From a bacterium (lineage in GTDB: Bacteria; Zhuqueibacterota; Zhuqueibacteria; Residuimicrobiales; Krinioviventaceae), in NCBI GenBank assembly GCA_963693055.1, contig OY843751.1, positions 640,001 through 704,000 on the forward strand: DNA of 64,000 bases. Direction: 5' to 3'. The position numbers were made by a program, and so were the translations under genes. This document shows, piece after piece, positions 37,677 to 46,797 of this stretch. Positions within the stretch are counted from its first letter, which is position 1. Each line of letters begins with the position of its first letter. The notes beneath the pieces are model-generated. The model had not been told where the DNA came from, did not search any database, and was given only the letters and a program-made list of their open reading frames with translations.

Positions 37677-38951
37677 TTATGCTTTAGGTTCCTTGACGTA
37701 TTTGTCCCCATCTTTGAGCCAGCGTTCAGGACGTGACCAGCTTTCGGGATTTACATAGGCAGTCCTGTCCGTACGCTCCAGTGTTTTCAGTAATTCCGGA
37801 TCGCCCAGCTCACGGAATATCTGATCTTTTGGATTAAACCGGTTGAATGTATAGATACCGTCTACACCGGCTTTCCAGGCGTTCAGCGCTTCACCACGCC
37901 AGATTTTTTCTTCGGTAACGCCTTCGGGTTCACCGCTGGATTGAATACGGCGTTTGACAAAACACGCGTATGCCGGTACATCATACTTTTTGCCCAATGC
38001 GGCCCAGTTTTCCCAGGGTTCCAGTTTAAAATAACCACTGCCTACAATGAGATCCACCAGATCGTCAGCCAGCCATTGTTCCAGATCAATGCCCAATGCT
38101 TTGCAATAATCCACCGAATCCGGTACCCGGATACCTATCAGAAAAGGTCTGTGGCGCTTGAGGCCGATTTCTTCGGTCATGGTGCGGATGCGTTTCATGA
38201 GGCCTGTCATAAGGTCGCAATACTCCTGCGTTACCGGTTCACCAGTCATTTGTGGTTTGAACAGTACAGGGTGACGGAAAAAGTCCAGTTCTATACCGTC
38301 AACATCATAGCGGGTACATACATCCTGCAAAATGCGGAGCACCTTGTCCTTGACCGGTTGCAGTCCATAATCCACAGACGACCATCGATTGGCACCATAG
38401 GGCAGGGTAACGCCTTTGGTGCCTACCATATAATCGGGATGCGCCTTTTTCCACTCGCATAAAGGCACAGAACTGCCGGAATCGTGCGTGTCGTTCATAC
38501 GCATGGACCAGAATATTTCAAAATGATTTTCCTGGCAGTACTGTATCATGATTTTGAGAGGATCGGTACCGTTTTCATTCAGGTGTTTCAGAAAACGATG
38601 CGTAATGTCGTTGCGGCCCTCGCGCAGGAACCACTCGCTTTCATTGCTGGGATGGTAATAATAATTAAACACGCCGGTACAATAAAAGATAGAATCCACA
38701 TGTGTGCCCGGCAGACCATAACTGCGTTTTTGCAGCATGGTTTCGGCGGTAAAGGGTTCGTCTGCTTTAATCAAAACCGGTTCGTTACCATCATTATTCA
38801 TAATCATGCGGCGTTTACGATGCGCGGCCTGTTTGCGGTCTTGTCTAAGTTCGGCCAGACTGTATTTTTTGCTGCAGGCGGGTATCATTGAGGTGAGGGA
38901 TACAGCACCCACGCTTTTTAAAAAACTTCGACGACTGGTAGAAATTTGCAT
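37677..38951 (-). CDS. Tat-exported TIM-barrel glycoside hydrolase-like protein (GHL10/DUF187-like)
   Basis: SRRSFLK..IPAC signal, NNDG, SMRMNDTH, RYDVDGIELDFFRHP and GVDGIYTFN. Confidence 0.72.
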   Translation of the reverse strand: MQISTSRRSFLKSVGAVSLTSMIPACSKKYSLAELRQDRKQAAHRKRRMIMNNDGNEPVLIKADEPFTAETMLQKRSYGLPGTHVDSIFYCTGVFNYYYHPSNESEWFLREGRNDITHRFLKHLNENGTDPLKIMIQYCQENHFEIFWSMRMNDTHDSGSSVPLCEWKKAHPDYMVGTKGVTLPYGANRWSSVDYGLQPVKDKVLRILQDVCTRYDVDGIELDFFRHPVLFKPQMTGEPVTQEYCDLMTGLMKRIRTMTEEIGLKRHRPFLIGIRVPDSVDYCKALGIDLEQWLADDLVDLIVGSGYFKLEPWENWAALGKKYDVPAYACFVKRRIQSSGEPEGVTEEKIWRGEALNAWKAGVDGIYTFNRFNPKDQIFRELGDPELLKTLERTDRTAYVNPESWSRPERWLKDGDKYVKEPKA

Positions 38952-39074
38952 AGCCAGCTCCTGATTTAAAAGAAAGAATATATCGTTACAGGGATAGTTA
39001 TTAGCTCTGTTTTAAAATTCATTATATTTACGGCTGTATGTATAGTATATGAGATTTTGGGAGAAATGCAATGT

Positions 39075-39119
39075 AAAAAAATACCCTGTATCCGTCTAGT
39101 ATGCAGGGCATTTTTTTTT
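39075..39119. terminator. Terminator after the sorting-domain protein
   Basis: ATACCCTGTAT/ATGCAGGGCAT imperfect stem flanked by A and T tracts. Confidence 0.6.
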
Positions 39120-39129
39120 ATATCAGGTG

Positions 39130-41091
39130 TTATTTAACCAGGCTGATCTTTCGGGTAAGTGTTTGTGATGTTTGTTGTGTTTTGATATCTGCCTGAATCA
39201 GATAAATACCACTGGGATAGCTGGCCGCATTGAATTGAACACTGTGCTGTCCCGTGTCATAATGACGGTTTGTCAATAATGCAATCTCTCTTCCCCGTAT
39301 ATTATAGATGCGAATCTCAACTTTTGCCGGTTTGAACAATATAAAGGGAATGGTTGTGACAGGGTTAAATGGATTGGGATAATTTTGTGTTAATGAAAAT
39401 AACGATTCATTGTTCACAAGATTGGTGTTCAGAGAATCTAAAATTGTACTGTCACTGTTGACAATGTTTTTAATTTCTATATCAAAAGTTTTAACAATCT
39501 GCACGGGTACAAAATCGGGGCCTGCGTTATATGGCACCAGTTCTGCCAATATTGCTGCTTTGACCGTTTGTAATGCTTTTTCTCCGGTTGCGTGGGTGGG
39601 CAATTGAAAAGGATTTTCTGTTTCCACTTGAGCGGAATTTACATAATGAAATGTTTTCCGATATTCATCATCGGGATCCGAATTGCTGGTTACCTTGAAT
39701 GAGCTAATGTCTTGTTCCGTAGAGACAAAAGAGAATTTGACCGTACTTTTGTTGGTATCAAATACATATGGATTAATAACAAAGGATAAATCTCCGTTTA
39801 TTTTAAAATAATCATCATATTGTGTTGTATAAAGATTGTTGTCTTTATTTTTACGTATACTTTTTATTTTGCATGTATGATCTACCTGTGGTTTTGAAAA
39901 CATGTTAAAAATGCCCAGCGGTTTGTCATACAGGGGGAGGGTGTTTGATGTCACCGCAAAGAGAGTGTCGGGTAGAACGCATCCTGGCAGGTAAAAGAAT
40001 AATGAATAGAGCCCCTGGCCGGTACTTGTATTTTCAGGGAAGGCTATTTCTGTGGGTAAACCTGAAAACGTTCTGGGTAACAAAGAATTGTCCGGTGAAC
40101 CGCCGCCTTTGAGGAATTTATATAATGTAGCAAAGGGTGCCATTGCGGGAATCCATTGATCATATAAAGTAGTTTCAGCGATTGATAATATATTGTCTGT
40201 ATACCAAGTCTTGGTGTCCTTGTTGCCCAGGGCCCATTCCGCAAATGCATTTTGCGCTTGTTTCACATTTTGATATTTGATTCTCATGTTTTGAAATGGA
40301 TAGACATTATTCTCATAGAACCCGGCTGGGTTTGCGCCTTCAAGTTGGTTGTAAACAAGCCCCCTGGATGTATTGAATAAGGTTGATTCAAGATACTCTG
40401 CATTTTCGATTTCATTTTTATCAAAGTTTCGTAATGTCTCAATAGAAATGCCAGCATTGAATATTTTGGAACCAATGTCCGGATCATATCCTGAAACATC
40501 AAAGTCAACATAGTTCCATTGATAGGGAGCATACACACCTAAAACATGTATTTCTTCAAGTACGTCTGCATCGGCCAAATCGTCAATATAACCGCAATTA
40601 TTCAGATAACCGAGCTCAAACACTGGCGAGTTTTTATCTATTCTGCCAAAAGGAGTGTACTCTTTGTTGTTCAAATATAATGTGGCCAATATATAGGATG
40701 TTTCTGCTTTTTTGGCACCATAATAAATATACCGAAGTATGCCATGGTATTCATTGTAAAGAATGAAATATGGATAGGATGTTGAATGGTTTTCATTTCC
40801 CAAATCGCGTAAAAATAATTTCCACCCCTGTGATGGATAAATATCATATTTATCTCTGCCTTCTTTATTATAAAAGATGGGAAAGATAAAAGAACCTGAT
40901 TCATTCCAGGGTAGTGTAAAGTTGTATACTTTACCACCATGAAAGTTCAAATCGATTTTCATATTAGGATCAGAGTGCCAGTCCCAGTTTTTGTCTCGTC
41001 TTTCATCATCAACTGATCCCATTGTGCCTGCATCTATTGAATTGAAAAGCATCAAAAACAGGATTATTAAAAAATATGCAAATGTTTTCAT
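39130..41091 (-). CDS. Secreted protein with a C-terminal T9SS-type-A/FlgD-like sorting domain and an unknown N-terminal body
   Basis: MKTFAYFL signal after a GGGGA RBS; C-terminal LTQNYPNPFNPVTTI..IYNIRGREI..SGIY..KISLVK. Confidence 0.8.
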   Translation of the reverse strand: MKTFAYFLIILFLMLFNSIDAGTMGSVDDERRDKNWDWHSDPNMKIDLNFHGGKVYNFTLPWNESGSFIFPIFYNKEGRDKYDIYPSQGWKLFLRDLGNENHSTSYPYFILYNEYHGILRYIYYGAKKAETSYILATLYLNNKEYTPFGRIDKNSPVFELGYLNNCGYIDDLADADVLEEIHVLGVYAPYQWNYVDFDVSGYDPDIGSKIFNAGISIETLRNFDKNEIENAEYLESTLFNTSRGLVYNQLEGANPAGFYENNVYPFQNMRIKYQNVKQAQNAFAEWALGNKDTKTWYTDNILSIAETTLYDQWIPAMAPFATLYKFLKGGGSPDNSLLPRTFSGLPTEIAFPENTSTGQGLYSLFFYLPGCVLPDTLFAVTSNTLPLYDKPLGIFNMFSKPQVDHTCKIKSIRKNKDNNLYTTQYDDYFKINGDLSFVINPYVFDTNKSTVKFSFVSTEQDISSFKVTSNSDPDDEYRKTFHYVNSAQVETENPFQLPTHATGEKALQTVKAAILAELVPYNAGPDFVPVQIVKTFDIEIKNIVNSDSTILDSLNTNLVNNESLFSLTQNYPNPFNPVTTIPFILFKPAKVEIRIYNIRGREIALLTNRHYDTGQHSVQFNAASYPSGIYLIQADIKTQQTSQTLTRKISLVK

Positions 41092-41338
41092 GGTTGTCCC
41101 CACTATTAATAGTACTTTTGGGTACAAGAAAAGATAATCAAGTTAGTAGTGCTAAAATTTTGATCAAGATTATTGTAGATTTTCTCATATTTATACCCCT
41201 TGTAATATCTAAATAAAATCTATTATTTTTAACTAATAAAAGCAAGTCTATTTTTACAAGAGCCGGATTTTGATAAAAAATCGGTTGAATTCCTGCTCAG
41301 GTTTTAGTAATATTCTCAAACAAAAAGAGAGAGAGAAA

Positions 41339-42109
41339 ATGGACAATCATGACGAACAATTCATGTCATCTCTGGATGCGTGCGATCACGGAATCATCGA
41401 GTTTATCCCTTATCTGCTACAGGATTTGTGGGAACTGGGTTCCAGACCGTCGTTGATGTTAGAGATGATAGAAAAGCATATTGAAAATCCTGCCAAAATG
41501 CAGGTGCTGGACCTTTGCTGCGGTAAAGGCGCGGTGCTGGTGCAGATGGCGGAGCGATTCGGCTGTACCGGCGTGGGTGTTGATCTGCTGCCGGATTTTA
41601 TTGCTGAAGCCAATGAAAAAGCGAAAATGCATAGTGTAGCTGAAAAATTACAGTTCATGCTGGAAGATATTGTAGAATCTGTTGAAAAATATCATGACAA
41701 AGATCTGGTGGTATTTGGTTATGATACAGAAGTGCTGGGTGACATTGGCGAGTCGCTGAGTAAAATTCAACCCTGTTTAAAACCGGGTGGATTTGTTCTG
41801 CTTGAAACGGTATTTGCGGTGGATGAAGAACTGCAATCCGAAGGACTAGTCAGTCGCGATCTGCTCATTCAAGAGATTGAGCAGACAGGCGCTGTTATTG
41901 TTGATTCTTGTGAATGGACACAGGAAGATATGCGGCAGTTGAATTCTGACAATACTGCCAAAATCCGCAAACGTACAGAAGAGTTGATTGAAAAACATCC
42001 TGACCACCGGGAGATGTTTGCGGAATATATTGAAAATCAGGAAGCGGAATCTGCAATGCTGGAAGAAGAGATGCGGGGCATTACACTGCTGTTGAAACTG
42101 GAACAATGA
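41339..42109 (+). CDS. Class I SAM-dependent methyltransferase
   Basis: VLDLCCGKG, GVD and LKPGG motifs. Confidence 0.88.
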   Translation: MDNHDEQFMSSLDACDHGIIEFIPYLLQDLWELGSRPSLMLEMIEKHIENPAKMQVLDLCCGKGAVLVQMAERFGCTGVGVDLLPDFIAEANEKAKMHSVAEKLQFMLEDIVESVEKYHDKDLVVFGYDTEVLGDIGESLSKIQPCLKPGGFVLLETVFAVDEELQSEGLVSRDLLIQEIEQTGAVIVDSCEWTQEDMRQLNSDNTAKIRKRTEELIEKHPDHREMFAEYIENQEAESAMLEEEMRGITLLLKLEQ

Positions 42110-42116
42110 GGACGCT

Positions 42117-43166
42117 TTGAAATTTAAACTATTCTTGATCGTGTTTGTGGGACTGCTGTTAACAGCCTGTTCTCACAAAGACATCCGGCAGATTAGTCCG
42201 GAAACCATGCAATCTATATATGAAACGGTAAAAACCCCCTATAAATATGGTATTGTTTTTAAACATCCGGATGATAAAAAAATGGTGGATTCTCCAACTA
42301 TTTTTCGTCATCAGGGCCAGTGGTATATGAGCTATATTGTGTTTGACGGCCAGGGGTACGAGACTTGGTTGTCGCAGAGTGATGACTTGTTACATTGGCA
42401 GTCACTGGGTAAAATACTGGACTTTACCGAAAATACCTGGGATGCTAATCAGAAAGCCGGTTATATCTCGCTGGTAGATATTAACTGGGGCGGCAGCTAT
42501 TCTGTTGAGAAATACACCGGTAAATACTGGCTTACCTACCTTGGCGGCGCCACTGAAGGCTACGAAGCCGGTACACTGGGGGTAGGATTGGCTTTTACCA
42601 ATGAACTGACACAGCCGGAACCCTGGCAGCGCTTTGAAAAGCCCATTCTGCTGCCGGGTGATAATGATGCCCGCTGGTTTGAAAAAAAGACAATCTATAA
42701 AAGCCTGGTGTTTAGGGACCCGGAACCGGTTACCGGCCATCCCTTTGTCATGTATTACAATGCCAAGGGTGATACTGCAAATTACGAGAGTATTGCCATG
42801 GCAGTCTCGGATAATATGACGGACTGGCAACGCTTTGGCGATGACCCGGTTATTACCCGTTATAAGGGCATTTGCGGAGACGCGCAGATCGTCAAAATTG
42901 GGGATGTATATGTTATGTTTTATTTTGGCGCGTTTTGGCGAGACGGAGCGTTTGATACTTTTGCCTGCTCATATGATCTTGTCAACTGGACGAATTGGGA
43001 CGGAGAAGATCTTGTAGCTCCATCCGAACCTTTTGACAAAAAATACGCGCATAAACCCTGGGTGATTTATCACAATGGTACGGTTTATCATTTTTATAAC
43101 GCTGTTGGTGACCAGGGGCGTGTTATTGCACTGGCAACATCGAAACCTTTGAATGAAATGAAGTAA
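42117..43166 (+). CDS. Lipoprotein five-bladed beta-propeller glycosidase, GH137-like (beta-L-arabinofuranosidase)
   Basis: LTAC lipobox; KTPYKYG, DSPTIFR, GYETW, WGGSY, YLGG..GYE, GDAQI, YVMFYF and AHK..YHFY resemble the N-terminal domain of BT0996 as recalled. Confidence 0.72.
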   Translation: MKFKLFLIVFVGLLLTACSHKDIRQISPETMQSIYETVKTPYKYGIVFKHPDDKKMVDSPTIFRHQGQWYMSYIVFDGQGYETWLSQSDDLLHWQSLGKILDFTENTWDANQKAGYISLVDINWGGSYSVEKYTGKYWLTYLGGATEGYEAGTLGVGLAFTNELTQPEPWQRFEKPILLPGDNDARWFEKKTIYKSLVFRDPEPVTGHPFVMYYNAKGDTANYESIAMAVSDNMTDWQRFGDDPVITRYKGICGDAQIVKIGDVYVMFYFGAFWRDGAFDTFACSYDLVNWTNWDGEDLVAPSEPFDKKYAHKPWVIYHNGTVYHFYNAVGDQGRVIALATSKPLNEMK

Positions 43167-43176
43167 AGGAAAGTAT

Positions 43177-43476
43177 ATGCAATTTGTAGTCGTGGCGTAT
43201 GACCACAAGGATGAAAACGCGCTTGAAAGGCGCATGGCAGTACGGGAAAAGCATTTGTCAGATGCTTTTAAATATTATGATGAAGGAAAATGGTTGTCTG
43301 CGGCAGGGCTGCTTGATGATAATGGAAAAATGATAGGTTCCATGATAGTCTGTGAATACGAGTCCAGAGAACAGTTGGAAATTGAATGGCTGGAGCATGA
43401 ACCATATGTTCTGAATAATGTTTGGGATACCATCAATATCCATCCTGCAAAAGTAGCACCCTTTGAACAAAAATGA
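43177..43476 (+). CDS. YciI-family protein
   Basis: AYD..ALERRMAVREKHL, GSMIV and EPYV..VW. Confidence 0.85.
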   Translation: MQFVVVAYDHKDENALERRMAVREKHLSDAFKYYDEGKWLSAAGLLDDNGKMIGSMIVCEYESREQLEIEWLEHEPYVLNNVWDTINIHPAKVAPFEQK

Positions 43477-44092
43477 TAGTGAGGAATTTGTGGAAAAACT
43501 GATAGCGAATTTGAAAAAGCGTAAAATGAATGGATATATTGTAGAAAGTATAGAACAGGCAGTTGAAAAAATATATGAATTGTTGCCTGTAGGAGCATCT
43601 GTAGGCTTTGGCGGCAGTGTAACTCTTGAACAGATTGGTATTCTGGACGAATTGCGTCAACGTAGTGATTTTGATCTGCTGGACCGCACCCAGATCAAAG
43701 ATCCCGCAGATTTGCCGGCATTGTACCAGTGTATGTTTGCCGCGGATGTGTTTTTGAGCAGTTGTAATGCCATTACTGAAAAAGGCCAGATTGTTAATGT
43801 GGATGGACGCGGAAACCGTGTAGCTGCAATAACGTTTGGACCGAAAAAAGTTGTTATTATAGCGGGTAGAAATAAAATTACTCCGGACCTGAACTCTGCT
43901 ATGGACCGTGTTAAAAAAGTGGCAGCACCGATGAATGTAAAACGAGTGAATGAAGCTGCAAAAGCTTCAGGGAATGCGGCTGCATTTGAATGGGATGATG
44001 AAAATATATGGGGACAGGTGAGTATTATTGAGCGCCAACTGGACCCTGAACGTATACATGTGATTTTGGTGAATGAAGAATTGGGATATTAA
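43463..44092 (+). CDS. LUD-domain (LutC/YkgG-like) protein
   Basis: VGFGGSVTL, NAITEKGQIVNVDGRGNRVAA..FGP, GRNKI and LVNEELGY. Confidence 0.85.
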   Translation: MNKNDSEEFVEKLIANLKKRKMNGYIVESIEQAVEKIYELLPVGASVGFGGSVTLEQIGILDELRQRSDFDLLDRTQIKDPADLPALYQCMFAADVFLSSCNAITEKGQIVNVDGRGNRVAAITFGPKKVVIIAGRNKITPDLNSAMDRVKKVAAPMNVKRVNEAAKASGNAAAFEWDDENIWGQVSIIERQLDPERIHVILVNEELGY

Positions 44093-45171
44093 TTCAATGG
44101 CACTCCATGCGTGAAAGTCAGGTGTGGGGCCGAGTGTCTGGCTGTTAACGGACGATTCGTTTTTAATAATTCTATGGCCGTATCATTTTGCCAATGACGG
44201 TTCAGAATTTCAAAATAGCTGTAATAATCTGTGCCATGCATTTCTTCGGGGTTGCCATCCCAATATGGAAAAGATGCAGGGTTTTGGGACCATTCTGCAA
44301 TGGGACCCGTATACGCAAGCTTTAATGACCTGTTGTTGGGGGCCACATAGTCAAACAGATTGTATCCGCTATTGTACAGGATCTCTGCGGCCAATGTCTG
44401 CGGCATGAGAGAAAAATGGGAATACCAGATGCCCGAGCGTCCGTTGTTTCGATGGATTTCATGCGGCAGTATCCCGTTCTCATCAATCTGGCTTTCAATA
44501 AAATATTTCCAGCGCTCTGCACAAGTCGTGAGTTTTTCATTGTCGCCAAGATAAGCAGCGCACGATGCTGCCAGCACAATCCCCCAGTTTCCCCAGTTGT
44601 TTTTGCGGTGCATGGTATTCATGTCATAGGCTTTATCCCGCAGAAAAGTGCTGAACACTTTTTGTTTTGATTCACGCCATGCTCTGGTATTTCTCAATAA
44701 ATCCGCGGCAAAAATCATTGCGGGGAAATGATAGCTGAATGAGAGCAGGGAATCATCGGCGCGGCTCATGCTGTCTACTTTTGTGGCCCATGCGTTTATA
44801 ATGCGCAATGCTGGTTCTGCGTATTTCATGTCCCCGGTTATGCGATAACAAAGGGCAAAGGTATAGCTGAGGTTGGCATCGTTTTGCAGTACATTTTTTG
44901 CAGAAAGGTGACCTTCTGCATCGCGGTAATATCCCGGAACGTACCAGATGGTCGGGGGTAAAGGAGTATGGTTTATGTTGGCATCGGCTTCTTTTTTGAG
45001 CGCCAGAAACGCGCTGTACTGCGGTTCTGATTTATCATCTACAGCGGATTTCGATACTTTTATACGGGCATCTGAAATCAAAACCGGATTATGGTTTGGC
45101 TTATTATGTATTGTACAAGAGAGTAGCAATATAAAAACGAGAAATGAAATATGTAGGTTTTTCGGCCGCAT
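44089..45171 (-). CDS. Alginate-lyase family (alpha/alpha toroid) polysaccharide lyase lipoprotein
   Basis: LLSC lipobox, YAEPALRIINAW, NNWGNWG and GILPHE..R..GIWYSHFSL. Confidence 0.75.
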   Translation of the reverse strand: MRPKNLHISFLVFILLLSCTIHNKPNHNPVLISDARIKVSKSAVDDKSEPQYSAFLALKKEADANINHTPLPPTIWYVPGYYRDAEGHLSAKNVLQNDANLSYTFALCYRITGDMKYAEPALRIINAWATKVDSMSRADDSLLSFSYHFPAMIFAADLLRNTRAWRESKQKVFSTFLRDKAYDMNTMHRKNNWGNWGIVLAASCAAYLGDNEKLTTCAERWKYFIESQIDENGILPHEIHRNNGRSGIWYSHFSLMPQTLAAEILYNSGYNLFDYVAPNNRSLKLAYTGPIAEWSQNPASFPYWDGNPEEMHGTDYYSYFEILNRHWQNDTAIELLKTNRPLTARHSAPHLTFTHGVPLN

Positions 45172-45403
45172 GTTTTTCCTTTGTTGATTTTTAATAAGTT
45201 AGAAAATTTTGAAAAATTTCCAAGTTTGAAAATAAATGTAAACACATTTGGGTTGAAATTCGTTATATTAGAAACACCCCCGTAACCAAATAAATATTAA
45301 AAACAACTGCTGAAGTCATGGAAATATGAATTGTAGATCAGTTCATTAAATGACCATGTTGGGGATTAGCATGTAGTGACTATTTTTGAGGGAGAGAAGA
45401 GAA

Positions 45404-46789
45404 ATGCGTATTAAAAAGATCATGTTGTGCCTGTTGTTGTTTGCTGCCGGAATGTACGCGCAAGAGTCTGTGGGATTCAAAGATCCGAATGATATACAGC
45501 CTCTGCTGGACTATCGCCTGCCCGATTGGGGGTACAATGTCTTTCGACTTTCTTTGGATTTGAATGGCTCTGATAATTCATCTAAGCAAAGGGGTTATGA
45601 ACGAAACGCAAATAATAATTCTTTAAACCTGGTTCCTGGAGTTAAAATATATAGAGAAAGTGAAAAACAAATTTTGACATTAAATGGATCAGTAGGTATA
45701 TCTCGAAAGACAGAAAGTAATACAAGCATTTCAATACTACCAGATAGTATATATTCAAAAAGTAATTATAAACAATATACTGTTGCATATAATTTTGTGG
45801 TTGACTGGAATTATTATTTAAAAGGGCGACATTTTCTAGATCTGAAATTGAATGTTAATCAAAAATATGAAGAAGTAAAAGGAAAGAGTTTATATCAATA
45901 CCGCTCTGTTGGTCAAAGTCGTTCCAGTAAAACAGTTCAGCAGCGTGTTGAAACATACTCTTTATTGGGTTATGGTTTTGGACGCGTGCGGGATGTGACG
46001 CATACTATACGGGCAATGCGTTTTCGGGAAAGAGCCCGGGTCGTCGGAATTGATGCGCTTGATGATCCTAAAGCCGTTTATAAAATAGCGGAATTGTTAA
46101 GCAAATATAGCAGCTATAGAACCGTCTATGACAGGTCTCAAAAGTATTTTTGGCGGGATTATTACGAGTTATTTTCAGATCTGGAATTTGATGCATATAA
46201 ACATTATTATATTGCCGATGCTCTTTCAGAAAATATTGGGTCCCGATTCGAAGGATGGAAAGTAAGCTTTGGATTAAGTCATATAACGTATTTTAATCAA
46301 AGTATGAGCACATCAATTGAAAAATCAAAAAATAAAAGATATGGTGCTTATTTAAATTTTCAATATTATAAAAATTACAGCCTGAGAAACCAGTTCAGTA
46401 CTAAAATCTCGGGTAATTATGAGGATTTATCTGTTGATGAATTTGTTAGGTACAATCCCAAATCAAACTTTAGCTGCGAAATTAGGAATCTTACAGTTCT
46501 TACTGATCGAATTACCTGGTCCAATATATTTTCAGCCAGGGTAAATTATTTTAAATTTAATCCAAAGGAGGAGGATATTACTGATCTGGAATCAAAATAT
46601 TATTTGGACCAAAAATCGTTTGATTTAAGTACAATTTTCAGATATTATATAGAAGATAATGTTGTTTTGACAGCAAATATGCAATATCTTTTGTCGCGTC
46701 CTGAATTTAACAATCCAAGATTTAATAGGCAGAACAGCTTTACATATAATATTGGCATTGATTATTATTTCGACAAGAGTTTATTTTAA
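45404..46789 (+). CDS. Hypothetical outer-membrane beta-barrel protein
   Basis: Signal peptide, Tyr/Asn-rich amphipathic strands, GYGFGRVRDVT and terminal YNIGIDYYF..F. Confidence 0.65.
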   Translation: MRIKKIMLCLLLFAAGMYAQESVGFKDPNDIQPLLDYRLPDWGYNVFRLSLDLNGSDNSSKQRGYERNANNNSLNLVPGVKIYRESEKQILTLNGSVGISRKTESNTSISILPDSIYSKSNYKQYTVAYNFVVDWNYYLKGRHFLDLKLNVNQKYEEVKGKSLYQYRSVGQSRSSKTVQQRVETYSLLGYGFGRVRDVTHTIRAMRFRERARVVGIDALDDPKAVYKIAELLSKYSSYRTVYDRSQKYFWRDYYELFSDLEFDAYKHYYIADALSENIGSRFEGWKVSFGLSHITYFNQSMSTSIEKSKNKRYGAYLNFQYYKNYSLRNQFSTKISGNYEDLSVDEFVRYNPKSNFSCEIRNLTVLTDRITWSNIFSARVNYFKFNPKEEDITDLESKYYLDQKSFDLSTIFRYYIEDNVVLTANMQYLLSRPEFNNPRFNRQNSFTYNIGIDYYFDKSLF

Positions 46790-46797
46790 AATTGCTT

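Noticed and set aside
24964-38891. Long antisense ORFs such as 24964-25500, 26592-27122, 34178-34645, 37941-38462 and 38484-38891
   Set aside because: They are shadows of well-supported opposite-strand genes with no recognisable motifs
41138-41140. TGA read-through (Sec/Trp) extending the 16-codon ORF
   Set aside because: The read-through frame differs from the main gene and soon stops; TGA is an ordinary stop elsewhere in the window
45270-45400. Possible riboswitch in the leader of the orphan barrel
   Set aside because: Only a modest hairpin (ATGAATTG/CAGTTCAT) is visible and no known aptamer consensus is recognisable; an Rfam scan would be needed
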